Of a stretch of DNA of 64,000 bases, positions 28,300-41,563 are shown one piece after another. Location of the stretch: assembly GCF_006345805.1 (NCBI RefSeq), contig NW_021835975.1, positions 1-64,000 on the forward strand. The letters run 5' to 3'. The position numbers were made by a program, and so were the translations under genes. The notes beneath the pieces are model-generated. The model was given only the letters and a program-made list of their open reading frames with translations. It searched no databases and was not told the DNA's origin. Origin of the DNA: Octopus sinensis. Its lineage: Eukaryota. The number at the start of each line of letters is the position of its first letter. Position 1 is the stretch's first letter.

Positions 28300-28851
28300 A
28301 TGTTGTATGTCGTCTGCATCAAATGTTGTATGTCGTCTGCACTGGATGACGTTGTATGGAAAGATGAAATGAATGAAAGGGAATCGTCTGATTTTGACTA
28401 TGAATCTGACGATGACGGAGATTTACACAACAATGATGCTGACATGTTTAGGGAGGAACAAATGGAACAGTAGTAGTTGATGCTGAAAGAGACATTGAAT
28501 TGAAGGATTTGAATAAATGGCTTTGCTTTTGTAACTGATAGTGATAAATATGTAAAGGCAATTTACTTAATATTTATTTTCCACTGACGTTATTACTGTT
28601 ATTTCTTTATTTTCTGCAAACAACATGCACAAAAAAGCTACACGTTTGCATTATGTTATGTATACAATAATAATAAATTACGTTACCGTATACATTCTTA
28701 CAAACCAAGGACGTTATATACGACCTCCTTAACTCAAGTTAGAGAAGGGGTGCGTATTATACACAAGGATTAGGTTTTACAGAGATACAGCCCCCTAAAA
28801 TTCCCCTGCGTATTATAATCAAGGGCGGAATATACTCGAGAATTTACGCTA
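28300..28851 (+). mobile_element. pogo/Tc2-like DNA transposon 3' end (transposase C-terminus + TIR)
   Basis: IKCCMSSALDDVVWKDE...acidic tail; TIR-like ...TATACTCGAGAATTTACGC|TA. Partial copies at ~30255-30562 and ~32625-32921. Confidence 0.7.
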
Positions 28852-29010
28852 AGGCGTCTAGAATATGGCAAATGCCTATGGAGGGTATTCTCTCGGTTGC
28901 ACCTCGCTGAACGGTTTCCAGCTGGTTTTCAGTCGAATTAATCGACTAAATTTGTTCGAGGTGTTGCTCCAGCATAGCCACGGCCAACAACTGGAATAAG
29001 GATGAATGTA

Positions 29011-29171
29011 GGAGTGGCCGTGTGGTAAGTAGCTTGCTTACCGACCACATGGTTCAGGGTTCAGTCCCACTACGTGGCACCTAGGTCAAGTGTCTTCTAC
29101 GATAGTCTCGGGCCCTCAAATGCCTTGTGAGTGGATTTGGTAGAGAAGGAAACTGAAAGAAGCCCGTCGTA

Positions 29172-29216
<45 letters not shown>

Positions 29217-29305
29217 AAGTGCTTGTGTGTCTGTGTGTGTGTCCAACATCGCTAGACAACCGATGCTGGTGTGTTTACGTGACCGTAACTTAGCGGATCG
29301 GCAAA
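29011..29305 (+). mobile_element. SINE family B (3'-truncated copy in macro-repeat; also 30721-31030, 33081-33400)
   Basis: GGAGTGGC(C/T)GTGTGGTAAG...GGTTCAGTCCC...CACCTTGGGCAAGTGTCTT head and body shared with the full copy at 37927-38337. Confidence 0.85.
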
Positions 29306-29362
29306 ACATATCAATATATATGTATATTGATATGTAGTTAAGTATATGTCCCCTCATAGAGT

Positions 29363-29777
29363 GGGATCTTTTCGGTTTGAAAGGCAGTTTTTTTTAAATG
29401 ATTTCCATGTAACTAAACACTTTTAAACTTCGTATACTGGAAGAATGTGTTTATAAAACATCTTTTTTTTCTTGGCTTTATTGAGAAAATTCTATGGTTT
29501 GTAAGATATTTGTTGATTTTTTCTTCAATTTCAGCAATATCAACCAATCAATGACGTCTATTGAGGTAAAAAAAAACGTTCTTTGCCGTATGAATATGTC
29601 TCTCGCTTAAGAAACAGATTGGGTTTATTTGCATTTGTGAACAAAAAAGATACCCTCCCCCTAACCCTAGCCCTAAAACAGATTGAAATGCAATAGACCG
29701 ATACTAGGGTCATAATTATGGGTGACAATTTCGTATGACACCGCTAGAAAAAACTGCCGGTCAAACCGAAAAGATCC
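29363..29777. mobile_element. ~415-bp MITE, TIR GGATCTTTTCGGTTTGA(A/C)CGGCAGTTTTT (also 31091-31509, 33652-34070)
   Basis: Clear terminal inverted repeats; TTA/TAA next to termini of other copies (37450, 55537, 58164) suggests Harbinger/Tourist type. Confidence 0.85.
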
Positions 29778-30883
29778 ATTCGTATATTTAAGACACTTAA
29801 CCCTATGAACGACTCAGCACCCTTAATGACGAGGGGGGGGGGCATATACTACTTGAAGTCGGCGGTAGAAATCCATTAGGGGCAGGTAATTAGTAAGCAA
29901 ATAATAAACCTTGTTGGTCGGCAAGCTCGAGTATTCTCCCTTTGACCAGTGCCGTGAGCAAGTCCGTTATGAGCTGAGTGACGAATGCTGTCCTCCCTGC
30001 TCTGCTCTCTCTATCATTCCTATACCTCTCACTCCCTCTATATAACCATGTACTCACTTGTCTCTGCCTCCCGCTACCTACTCCTGCCAGTCGCTCCCAT
30101 TCTCTCTCTCTCTCTCTCTCTTCCTTTACTCTATCACCCTTTCTATGTTTTGCCCTCCCCCGGCACGTCACCACCATCGCTCTGCGGCTCTCTCTATCTC
30201 TCTCCCTCCCCACTCTTTTCTCCCTCACTCTCTCTGCATCTTCCCTCTCTCTCTAGTGATAAATATGTAATGGCAATTTACTTAATAATTATTTTCACTG
30301 ACATTATTAGTTATTTCTTTATTTTCTGCAAACAAAATGCACCAAAAGCTACATGCTTGCATTATGTTATGTATACAATAATAATAAAGGACATTACCGT
30401 ATACATTCTTACAAACCAAGGACGTTACATAGACCTCCTTGACTCAAGTTAGAAAAAGGGTGCATATTATACACAAAGTTTAGGTTTTACAGAGGTACAG
30501 CCCCCTTAAAGATCCCTTGCGTATTATACTCAAGGGCTCACTATACTCGAGGATTCACGGTAAGGCGTCCAGAATACGACAAATGCCTATGGAGAGTTTT
30601 CTCTCGGTTGCACGTCGCTGAACGGTTTCCAGCTGGTTTTCAGTCGAATAAATCGACTAAATTTGTTCGAGGTGTTGCTCCAGCATTACCACGGCCCAAC
30701 AACTGTAATAAGGATGCAGGTAGCAGTGGCTGTGTGGTAAGTAGCTTGCTTACCGAACACATGGTTCAGGGTTCAGTCCCACTACGTGGCACCTTGGTCA
30801 AGTGTCTTCTACGATAGTCTCGGGCCCACAAAAGCCTTGTGAGTGGATTTGGTAGAGAAGGAAACTGAAAGAAGCCCGTCGTA

Positions 30884-30940
<57 letters not shown>

Positions 30941-33900
30941 AAGTGCTTGTGTGTCTGTGTGTGTATCCAACATCGCTTGACAACCGATGCTGGTGTGTTT
31001 ACGTGACCGTAACTTAGCGGATCGGCAAAACATATCAACATATATATATATATATTTATATGTAGTTAAGTATATGTCCCCTCATAGAGTGGGATCTTTT
31101 CGGTTTGAAAGGCAGTGTTTTTCTAAAATGATTTCCATGTAACTAAACACTTTTAAACTTCGTATACTGGTAGAATGTGTTTATAAAACATCTTTTTCTC
31201 TTGGCTTTATTGAGAAAATTCTATAGTTTGTAAGATATTTGTTGTTTTTTTTCTTCAATTTCAGCAATATCGACCAATCACTGACGTCTATTGAGGTAAA
31301 AGAAAAAACAATCTTTGCCGTATGAATTTGTCCCTCGTTTAAGAAACAGATTGGGTTTATTTACATTTCTGAATTAAAAAGATACCTTTCCCCCTAACTC
31401 TAGCCCTAAACAGATTGAAATGCAATAGATCGATTGTAGGGTCATAATTATGGGTGACAATTTCGTATGACACCGCTAGAAGAAACTGCCGGTCAAACCG
31501 AAAAGATCCATTCGCATATATAAGACACTTAACCCTATGAACAACTCATCACCCTTAATGACGAGGGGGGGGGGGCATATACTACTTGAAGCTGGCGGTA
31601 GAAATCCATTAGGGGCAGGTAATTAGTGAACAAATAATAAACCTTGTTGGTCGGCAAACTCGAGTATTCTCCCTTTGACCGGTCCGTGAGCAAATTTGTT
31701 ATGAGCCGAGTGACGAATGCTGTCCTCCCTGCTCTGCTCTCTCTATCATTCCTATACCCCCTCCCTCCTTCTATATACCCATGCACTAATCTCTACCTCC
31801 CGCTACCTACTCGCGTTCCCTTGGCAATGTCCTGCCACTTATATCGTAGCCTCCCTCTACCTCGACGCTATTCTCCTGTCAATCGTTGCCATTTATCTCT
31901 CTCTCTCTCTCTCTTCCTTTTCTCTATCACCCTTTCTATGTTCTGCCCCCCCCACCCCGGACGCTTTACCATCGTCGCTCTCCTGCTCTCCCTATCACTC
32001 TCTCTCTTCCTCTCTTTCCATCTCTCTCTCTCCCCTCTCCATCTTTCCTTCTGTCTCCCTCTGTCTTTCCTCCTCTCTCCCTCTGTCTCTCGCCCTCTCT
32101 CCTCTCCCCCTCTCCGCTTTTTCTCCCTCACTCTCTCTCCGTCCCCCACTCTTTCCATCTCTCCTCTCTCTCAACCTCTCTGCCTCTACTTCTATCTCCC
32201 TCAATCTTTCTCTCTCTGCCTCTAACCTCTCACTCTATCCCTCTCATTCACTTTCCTACCCTCTCTCCCTCTCTCTCTCTCCCACCATATCTCACTCTTA
32301 CTTCCGCCCTGCCCCTTCCCCCTTTCTCCATCTCCCCCACCCTCTCCTCCTCTTACTGACACCCCTCCCTCCCTCCGTCTTCCTCTTTCCCCTCTCTCTC
32401 ACCTCCACTCTATGTGGCTGAGTAACCTTTCACCTCCCCTACGGCAAGACAGACACCTGTTTCTGTCTTTCTATCTCACTCTAACCTTTCATCATCCGAC
32501 ACAAGATGCCCTTCTCCAATGTCCCCTCCCCCTCTCAGAGTTCCTTGTCTTCCAAGTTGTTTGGTGACCCTGCCGGTGCTGGTGCCACATAAAAACCACT
32601 CAGTCCATTCTGCTGAGTGGTTGGCGTTAGGAAAGTTTTATCAAATGTTGTATGTCGTCTGCATCAAATGTTGTATGTCGTCTGCACTGGATGACAAAAT
32701 GCACAAAAAGCTACACGTTTGCATTATGTTATGTATACAATAATAATAAGGACGTTACTGTATAAATGTTTACAAACCAAGGACGTTATATAGACTCCTT
32801 GACTCATGTTAGAAAAAGGGTGCGTATTATACACAAAGTTTAGGTTTTACAGAGGTACAGCCCCCTTAAAAATCCCTGCGTATTATACTCAAGGGCGGAA
32901 TATACTCGAGGATTCACGTTAAGGCGTCCAGAATATGGCAAATGCCTATGGAGGGTATTCTCTCGGGTGCACGTCGCTGAACGTTTTCCTGCTGGTTTTC
33001 AGTCGAATAAATCGACTGAATTTGTTCGAGGTGTTGCTTCAGCATAACCACGGCCCAACAACTGTAATAAAGATGAAGGTAGGAGTGGCTGTGTGGTAAG
33101 TAGCTTGCTTACCGACCACATGGTTCAGGGTTCAGTCCCACTACGTGGCACCTTGGGCAAGTGTCTTCTGCTATAGCCCCGGGCCGACCGAAGCCTTGTG
33201 AGTGGATTTGTTAGACGGAAAATGAAAGAAGCCCGTCGAATATATGTATATATATGTATTTGTGTATGTGTGTGTGTTTGTGTGTCTGTGTTTGACCCCC
33301 AACATCGCTTGACAACCGATGCTAGTGTGTTTACGTCCCCGTAAATTAGCGGTTCGGCAAATGAGACCAATAGAATAAGTACTAGGCTTACAAAGAATAA
33401 GGTGGGAGAGAGGGGAAAGAGGGAGAAAGTGGGAGGGAGGGGAATAAGAGAGGGAGATGCTGGGAGGGAAGGAGAAAGGTGGAAGGGGCAGGGCGGAAGT
33501 AAGAGTGAGAGAGGGTGGGAGAGAGAGAGGGAGAGAGGGTAGGAAAGTGAATGAGAGGGATAGAGTGAGAGGCAGAGGCAGAGAGAGGAAGAGGGAGGGA
33601 GAGAGAGGACATATATTGATATGCAGTTAAGTATATGTCCAGTCATAGAGTGGGATCTTTTCGTTTTGCTCGGCAGTTTTTTAACAAAATTTCCACGTAA
33701 CTAAACACTTTTAAACTTCGTATACTGGTAGAATGTGTTTATAAAACATCTTTTTCTCTTGGCTTTATTGAGAAAATTCTATGGTTTCTAAGATATTTGT
33801 TGTTTTGTTTTCTTCAATTTCTGCAATTTCAACCAATTAATGTCGTCTATTGAGGTGAAAAACATTCTGTGCCATATGAATATGTCCCTCGTTTAAGAAA

Positions 33901-34630
33901 CAGATTGGGTTTATTTACATTTGTGAAGAAAAGAAGATACCCTTCCCCACACCCTTAACCCTAAAACTAAAATAGATTGAAATGCAATAGATCGATTCTA
34001 GGGTCATAATTATGGGTGACAATTTCATATGACACCGCTAGAAAAACTGCCGGTCAAACCGAAAAGATCCATTCGCATATATAAGACACTTAACCCTTTG
34101 AACAACTCAGCACCCTTAATGACGAGGGGGGGGGGCATATACTTCTTGAAGCTGACGGTAGAAATCCATTAGGGGCAGGTAATTAGTAAACAAACAATAA
34201 ACCTTGTGGGTTGGCAAGCTCGAGTATTCTCCCTTTGACCAGTCCAGTTAGCAAGTCCGTTATGAGCTGAGTGACGAATGCTGTCCTCCCTGTTCTGCTC
34301 TCTCTATCATTCCTATCCCCACCTCCCTCCCTCTATATACCCATGTACACACTAGTCTCTGCCTCCCGCTACCTACTCGCGTTTCCTTGGCAACGTCCTG
34401 CCACTTATATCGTAGCCTCCCTCTACCACGGCGCTATTCACCTGTCACTTGCTGCCATTTCTCTCTCACTCTCTCTCTCTCTCTTCCTTTACTCTATCAC
34501 CCTTTCCATTTTCTGCCCTCCCCCACCGACACTTCATCATCGCTCGTCTGCTCTCTCTTCCTCTCTCTCTCTCTCTCTTCCTCTCTCTCTCTTCCTCTCT
34601 CTCTCTCTCTTCCTCTCTCTCTCTCTCCTC

Positions 34631-34663
<33 letters not shown>

Positions 34664-34769
34664 TCAACTCTCCATCTTTCCTTCTCTGTCTCCCTCAGTC
34701 TTTCCACCACTCTCCCTCTGATTCTCGCCCTCTCTCCTCTCTCTCTCTCCTCTCTCTCTCTCTCTTCCT

Positions 34770-34803
<34 letters not shown>

Positions 34804-35312
34804 CTCTCGCTCATCCTCTCTGTCTCTTCTTCTCCTCCATCCCTCCCACCCTCTCCTCCTCTTACTCCCCTCCCTCCCTCCCTCCCTCCCTATTTCTCCC
34901 TCTGTCCCTCGCCCTCTCCCTCCCTCCGCTCTCTTCTCCCTCACTCTCTCTCTCCTTCTCCCCTCTCTCTCCATCAATCCTCTCTCTCACCCTCTCTCCC
35001 TCTCTGCCTCTTCTCCTCTCTCCTTCCCTCTTCCTCTCTCTGCCTCTGCTCTCTCACTCTATCCCTCTCATTCACTTTCCTACCCTCTCTCCCTCTTACT
35101 TCCACCCTCCGCCCTCCCCCTCACTCTATCTTTCCCACCCTCTCCACCTCTTATTCCCTACCTCCCACTTTCTCCTCTCTCTCACCTTCACTCTATGTGG
35201 CTGAGTAACCTTGTACCTCCCCTACAGCAAGACACCTGTTTCTGTCTTTCTATCTCACTCTAACCTTTCATCATCCGACACAAGATCCCCTCCTCCAATG
35301 TCCCCTCCCCCT

Positions 35313-35865
35313 CTGTCTGTGTTCGTGTCTTCGTTACGTCAACATTGCATCAACCTCGCTCTGCCTGTGTTCGTTCCGTCTACATAGCATCAACTGCTCT
35401 CTGTCTGTGTTCGTGTGTTCGTTCCGTCAACATTGCATCAACCTCGCTCTGCCTGTGTTCGTTCCGTCAACATTGCATCAACCTCGCTCTGCCTGTGTTC
35501 GTTCCGTCAACATTGCATCAACCTCGCTCTGTCTGTGTTCGTGTGTTCGTTCCGTCAACATTGCATATACCTCGCTCTGTCTGTGTTCGTGTGTTCGTTC
35601 CGTCAACATTGCATATACCTCGCTCTGTCTGTGTTCGTTCCGTCAACATTGCATCGACCTCGCTCTGTCTGTGTTCGCGTGTTCATTCCGTCAACATTGC
35701 ATCAACCTCGCTCTGTCTGTGTTTGTGTGTTCGTTCCGTCAACATTGCATCAACCTCGCTCTGTCTGTGTTCGTGTGTTCGTTCCGTCAACATTGCATCG
35801 ACCGCGTCTGTCTGTGTTCGTGTGTTCGTTCCGTCTACATAGCATCTACTGCGCTCTGTCTGTTG
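35313..35865 (-). repeat. Inverted relative of the 92-bp satellite, ~11-12 units of 40/48 bp
   Basis: Reverse complement reads AGAGCGAGGTTGATGCAATGTTGACGGAACGAACAC(ACGAACAC)AG. Confidence 0.92.
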
Positions 35866-35924
35866 ATCAAATCAACGGGACGGACACACAGACACAGACG
35901 TGGAGTGCTGACGCACACATATAC

Positions 35925-36115
35925 ACACATAATATTTTCTACTCTAAGCACAAGGCCCGAAATTTTGGGGTAAGGTGTGGGGCAGTCGATTTGATTGACC
36001 TCAGTACGTTACTGGTACTTAATTTATTGACCCTAAAAGGATGAAAAACAAAGTCCACCTCGGCGGAATTTGAACTCAGAAAGTAACGGCCGACGAAATA
36101 CGTCCACGCATTTCG
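35925..36115 (-). mobile_element. tRNA-derived SINE family C (also ~49705-49815, 58970-59170, 59172-59350)
   Basis: B-box-like GAGTTCAAATTCCGCCGAGGT on minus strand; four homologous copies in window. Confidence 0.75.
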
Positions 36116-36234
36116 CCACCATTGCCCCAGATTGATGGACGACAAACACACACACATCTTTTACCTTATCTTTTTTTTAGCTTCAGTCGTCATTCTGTGG
36201 CCCCTCTGGGGCACCGCTTTGAAGAATCGACCTC

Positions 36235-36348
36235 ATTACTTAATATTATTATTATTATTATTATTATTATCATTTTATTATGATTATTATTATTATATTA
36301 TTTTTATTATTATTATAATTATTATTATTATTATTATTATCATTATTA

Positions 36349-36379
<31 letters not shown>

Positions 36380-36995
36380 CATTATTATTATTATTATTAT
36401 TATAATTATTATTATAATTATCATATATTATTATTATTATTATTATTAATATTATTATTATTTTTATTATTATTATAATTATTATTATTATAATTATCAT
36501 TATCATTATTATTATCATTATTATTATTATTATTATAATATTATTATTATTATTATTATAATTATCATTACTATTATATTATAATAATTATATTATTATT
36601 ATAATTATTATTATTATAATTATCATTATCATTATTATTATCATTATTATTATTATTATATATTATCATTATATTATTATAATATCATTACTATTATTAT
36701 TATAATAATTATTATTATTATAATTATTATTATAATTATCATTATTATTATAATTATCATTATTATTATTATAATTATTATAATCATTATTATTATGTTT
36801 GTTATTATTACTGTTATTATTATTATTATTTTTATTATATAATTATTATTATAATTATCATATTATTATTATAATTATTATAATCATTATTATTATGTTT
36901 GTTATTATTACTGTTATTATTATTATTATTTTTATTATTATTATCACTATTATTATTATCATTATTATTATCATCATATCATCATTATTATTATC
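36235..36995. repeat. (ATT)n/(ATC)n degenerate triplet microsatellite
   Basis: Direct reading. Confidence 0.95.
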
Positions 36996-37199
36996 ATATT
37001 TTTTCTATCGGCGTTTTCTGCCAAACTGCTAAGTGACGGGAACATAAATGTACCAACACCGGTTGCCATGCAGTGGAGAGCGGGAATCAAACATAGACAC
37101 ACACACACACACATACGTACATGTAACGAAGGACTGTATGTTACCAAATGTAACGAAATGATGGTAGACACAGGTTTGTTGTCCCACGTCGGGGTTGCT

Positions 37200-37448
37200 A
37201 AGTGTAGCAGGTTGAAATGAGAAGTCGGGTCACCAAATGTAACATGTTTTGTTACAATTCAGATTGCAAACCCACAGCCTTCAAAGTGTGATGTAGTGGT
37301 CTTGTATCCAAGAGAGGCTATGCTTCGTGTCAATTCTACTGTCTTCTTCAAGCTTCCACGCAACATAACCATACAGAGACTTTTTTTCTGTATACTGAGC
37401 GCTTTCCATCCAAGTTTTCTCTGTGCCGAGTTTGGGTTTATAACCATT
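37200..37448 (-). mobile_element. R4/Dong-like non-LTR relic, distal fragment
   Basis: EKKSLYGYVAWKLEEDSRIDTKHSLSWIQDHYIT then FEGCGFAI resembles the region before the CCHC motif in RLE-type elements. Confidence 0.5.
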
Positions 37449-37449
37449 A

Positions 37450-37655
37450 GGATCTTTTCGGTTTGAACGGCAGTTTTTTCTAGTGGTGTCATATGAAATT
37501 GTCACCCATAATTATGACCCTAGTATCGATCTATTGCATTTCAATCTATTTTAGGACTAGGGTTAGGGGTGGGGGAAGGGTATATTTTTTTTCTTCACAA
37601 ATGTAAATAAACCCAGTTTGTTTCTTAAACGAGGGACATATTCATACGGCACAGC
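37450..37655. mobile_element. Partial MITE (GGATCTTTTCGG family)
   Basis: TTA|GGATCTTTTCGGTTTGAACGGC terminus. Confidence 0.8.
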
Positions 37656-37926
37656 TTTGGGGCTGTATAGGAGACCATCAGGAAGAGAGTGCTTCATGAG
37701 AATATTTCTTTATTACCCACTAGGGGCGACACTACAAGACATTGGGGACATAGAACATTATAAAAATAAAAGTATGTAAAATGAAATTTTGAAAATGATA
37801 ATATGCGTGGCACCTTGGGCAAGTGTCTTTTACTATAGCCTCGGGCCGACCAAAGCCTTGTGAGTGGATTTGGTAGACGGAAACTAAAAGAAGCCCGTTG
37901 TATATATGTATATATATATGTATATA

Positions 37927-38337
37927 GGCGCAGGAGTGGCTGTGTGGTAAGTAGCTTGTTTACCAACCACATGGTTCCGGGTTCAGTCCCACTGCGTGGC
38001 ATCTTGGGCAAGCGTCTTCTGCTATAGCCTCGGGTCGACCAAAGCCTTGTGAGTGGATTTGGTAGACGGAAACTGAAAGAAGCCCGTCGTATATATGTAT
38101 ATATATATATATGCGTGTGTGTATTTGTGTGTCTGTGTTTGTCCCCCTAGCATTGCTGACAGCCGATGCTGGTGTGTTTATGTCGCCGTTACTTAGCGGT
38201 TCGACAAAAGAGACCGATAGAATAAGTACTAGGCTTACAAAAGAATAAGTCCCGGGGTTGATTTGCACGATTAAAGGCGGTGCTCCAGCATGGCCGCAGT
38301 CAAATGACTGAAAACAAGTAAAAGAGTAAAAGAGTAT
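37927..38337 (+). mobile_element. SINE family B, full length (partial copy 37806-37925 upstream)
   Basis: tRNA-like head, internal TA/TG tract, LINE-like 3' tail, (AAAAGAGT)n end. Confidence 0.9.
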
Positions 38338-38384
38338 GAAAGTGATGCTAACGGCCCCATCCGCCAGCACCACTTACCTGTCCT

Positions 38385-38930
38385 TCAAAACCCATCATCA
38401 TTTATCATCTCCAATCAAAAGCCCATTTTTTCCTATCGTTCTCTCAGCTTTCCTTTCATACTCTTTCACCGTCTCATCCGTAAATGTTACCTTAATCACT
38501 TTCACACCTTCATTTACACACTTCGCCATAATTTCATCCCTCTGTTCCTTTGGCACTACTGCATAACTCCCTTCTACTCTCTCATACCATGAGTGCTTCA
38601 TGAGAAGCTCACTGCCAACTCCATACAACATTGCTCACTTCACTTTCCAGCACTGCATTCATATATTTACTTTTGCTGCTGTTGTTTAGCAGGTGTTGCC
38701 TGAGTGATACAAAACAGCATTCGAAGGCCGTCTGCACTGATCTCAGGCCTCTACCACCTTCATTTCTTCTGAGGTAGAGCCTGTCAACATCACTGTTTCT
38801 GTGGAAGTTCCCAGATGTTGTCAGGATTTTGTGGGTTTTGATATCTATGGAGTGAATTTCCTTTACAGACCAATCAAGTATCCCAAATGTTGGGATCAGC
38901 ACTGGTACTGAAAATGCATTGTGGGATATT
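38385..38930 (-). mobile_element. R4/Dong-like non-LTR relic, RT thumb region
   Basis: NAFSVPVLIPTFGILDWSVKEIHSIDIKTHKIL...HRNSDVDRLYLRRNEGGRGL. Confidence 0.7.
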
Positions 38931-38973
38931 GTTTTTTGTAAGAGGAGAGTTCCGACTACCATATTTTCCTATG

Positions 38974-39005
<32 letters not shown>

Positions 39006-39804
39006 CAGATTTGTGAGAACATCGTTGTCTTTGTCTGCCGAAATGGCATTTTTTCCAAAATACGCCAGCTAAACTTGTTGTACTGTTATTAGTTGTAAGA
39101 CACCTGCTGTTTTCGTCCTGTTTTTACAATTATTGTTTCTTGTACTTCATTTTTGTTTTTTTGTATTTCATTATTGTTTTTCATATTTTATATTTGTGTG
39201 GCATCGTCCGTTTTTCTGTCCCTGTTTCGTATACATTCGATCCTTCTTCCAAGAAATCTAATGCTCGTAGCTTAGTTTTTCCTTGGGGCTGGCCGGATCG
39301 GAGTGATCTCAAGATAATCAGCCGAAATTGCTACGATGATCCGGTTCTTGACTGAAGATTGAAGGCTTCGAATGTCCCGTCCGTGTTTTTATGTTCTTGT
39401 CCCAGTTTGTATTTTTCTACATATAATAATAATATATATATATGTGTGCAGATTTGTATGTTTTGCATTATGTATGTATTCTCATGCATATAGATGCATA
39501 TCTACACACGCTCATATACATTTAAATGATAAACTTCTGCAAAGTTTTACAGATTTTTACAGTTCCAGTGATGGGTTGGATCTGTAGTCTTCGAATTAGC
39601 TTTCTCTTTTCCAGTTTTGAGAAGTCTAATTTCTCAAGATTGGTACCTAGACAGTGAGTTCCATATTCCAGGGCCCCACTGATTACAGGTATCCCAAATT
39701 TTTCTATGTATATATATATATGTGCAGATTTGTATGTTTTGCTTTATGTATGTATTCCCCTCTGTGGTGTTGTTTTACCTTTATAATAAAATATATACAA
39801 ATTC

Positions 39805-40540
39805 ATCATCGTTTAACATCCGTTTTCCGCGCTAGCACGGGTTGAATGGTTAGACCGGGGTCTGGGAAGCCAGGGGCTGCACCAGGCTCCAGTCTGATCT
39901 GGCAGTGTTTCTACAGCTTGATGCCCTTCCAAACGCCAACCACTCCGCGAGTGTAGTGGGTGCTTTTTACGTGCCACCGGCACAGGTGCCAGGGGAGTCT
40001 GGCATCGGCCACGATCGGTTGGTGCTTTTAACGTGCCAGCCAAGGCAGCGCTGGTATCGGCCACGTTCGGATGGTGTTTTTTATGTGCCACCGGCACAGA
40101 AGCCAGTCGAGGCAGCGCTGGCAACGGCCACGTTCGGATGGTGCTTTTTATGTGCCACCGGCACAGGTATCACAACTACTATTTCCATTGATATTTGTTT
40201 CGATGTTCATGTACATGCACTTGACTCAACAGGTCTCCTCAAGCACAGCGGGATGTTTTGGAATCCAAGGTACTTTGAATGGGCTGGGGCTATGCGGAAC
40301 TGGTGCAGGAAGCAGCCCGGGTCTTTGCAGTCACAGCACATCTCCAGAGATCTCGGTCCTTCGCCATTGACTCAGTGAGGCCTAACGCTCTGAGGTCATG
40401 CTTGACTACCTCATCCCATGTCTTCCTGGGCCTACCTCTTCCCCTAGCACTTCTTCACACATCTCTCCTCATCCATCTGCAGTACATGACCATACCATCG
40501 CAAGCGTCGCTCTGCACACCACATCTGATGCTTCTTATGT
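39805..40540 (-). mobile_element. 5'-truncated RTE LINE 3' end
   Basis: Homologous to the ORF end and 3' UTR of the 42225-44420 element; (GAT)n tail. UTR-only copies at ~49900-50245 (+) and ~57020-57300 (-). Confidence 0.8.
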
Positions 40541-40786
40541 CCATATTAAAATAAAAAAATATATAGAGTACAGCACGGTTTCTACTTCCCGGATGTTCAC
40601 CGATTGTGGAGGGTTTTGGAATGTAACACCGTGATAGTCAAGGGGTTATTGTATATGACTTGAACCGGTGGATGGAGGTTCGAATATTTGAATTCTCTTC
40701 ATTTTGCCTTCATACAACTAAAGATGGAGGCAAGACCAGCACATATGAAACTTTGAGTAATGTGGAGCTGAGTGAACCTGTGACTA

Positions 40787-41015
40787 ATGTGTGTGTGTAT
40801 GTGTATATCTGTGTACAAGAACATGTGTTTGTGTGTGTGTGTGTGTATGTGTATATCTGTGTACAAGAACATGTGTTTGTGTGTGTGTGTGTGTATGTGT
40901 ATATCTGTGTACAAGAACATGTGTTTGTGTGTGTGTGTGTGTATGTGTATATCTGTGTACAAGAACATGTGTTTGTGTGTGTGTGTGTGTTTGTGTATAT
41001 CTGTGTACACGAACA

Positions 41016-41048
<33 letters not shown>

Positions 41049-41532
41049 ATCTGTGTACACGAACATGTGTTGTGTGTGTGTGTGTTATATCTGTGTACAC
41101 GAACATGTGTGTGTGTGGTGTGTGTGTGTATGTGTATATCTGTGTACACGAACATGTGTTTGTGTGTGTGTGTGTGTGTTGTGTATATCTGTGTACACGA
41201 ACATGTGTTTGAGTGTGTGTGTGTGTATGTGTATATCTGTGTACACGAACATGTGTTTGTGTGTGTGTGTGTGTGTGTGTATATCTGTGTACACGAACAT
41301 GTGTTTGTGTGTGTGTGTGTGTGTGTGTATATCTGTGTACACGAACATGTGTTTGAGTGTGTGTGTGTGTATGTGTATATCTGTGTACACGAACATGTGT
41401 TTGTGTGGTGTGTGTGTGTGTGTATATCTGTGTACAAGAACATGTGTTTGTGTGTGTGTGTGTGTGTGTGTATATCTGTGTACACGAACATGTGTTTGTG
41501 TGTGTGTGTGTGTGTATCTGTGTACAAGAACA

Positions 41533-41563
<31 letters not shown>

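Larger units (their letters stand above)
27234..35312 (+). repeat. Macro-repeat of four diverged TE-composite units
   Basis: TCGGCAAG(C/G)TCGAGTATTCTCCCTTTGACC recurs at 27234, 29918, 31651, 34211 (periods 2684, 1733, 2560). Units hold a CT-rich block, pogo/Tc2 3' end, SINE B and MITE. Confidence 0.9.

Noticed and set aside
27301-35263. Long Leu/Ser/Pro ORFs
   Set aside because: Low-complexity CT tracts; only the pogo C-terminal stub is recognisable.
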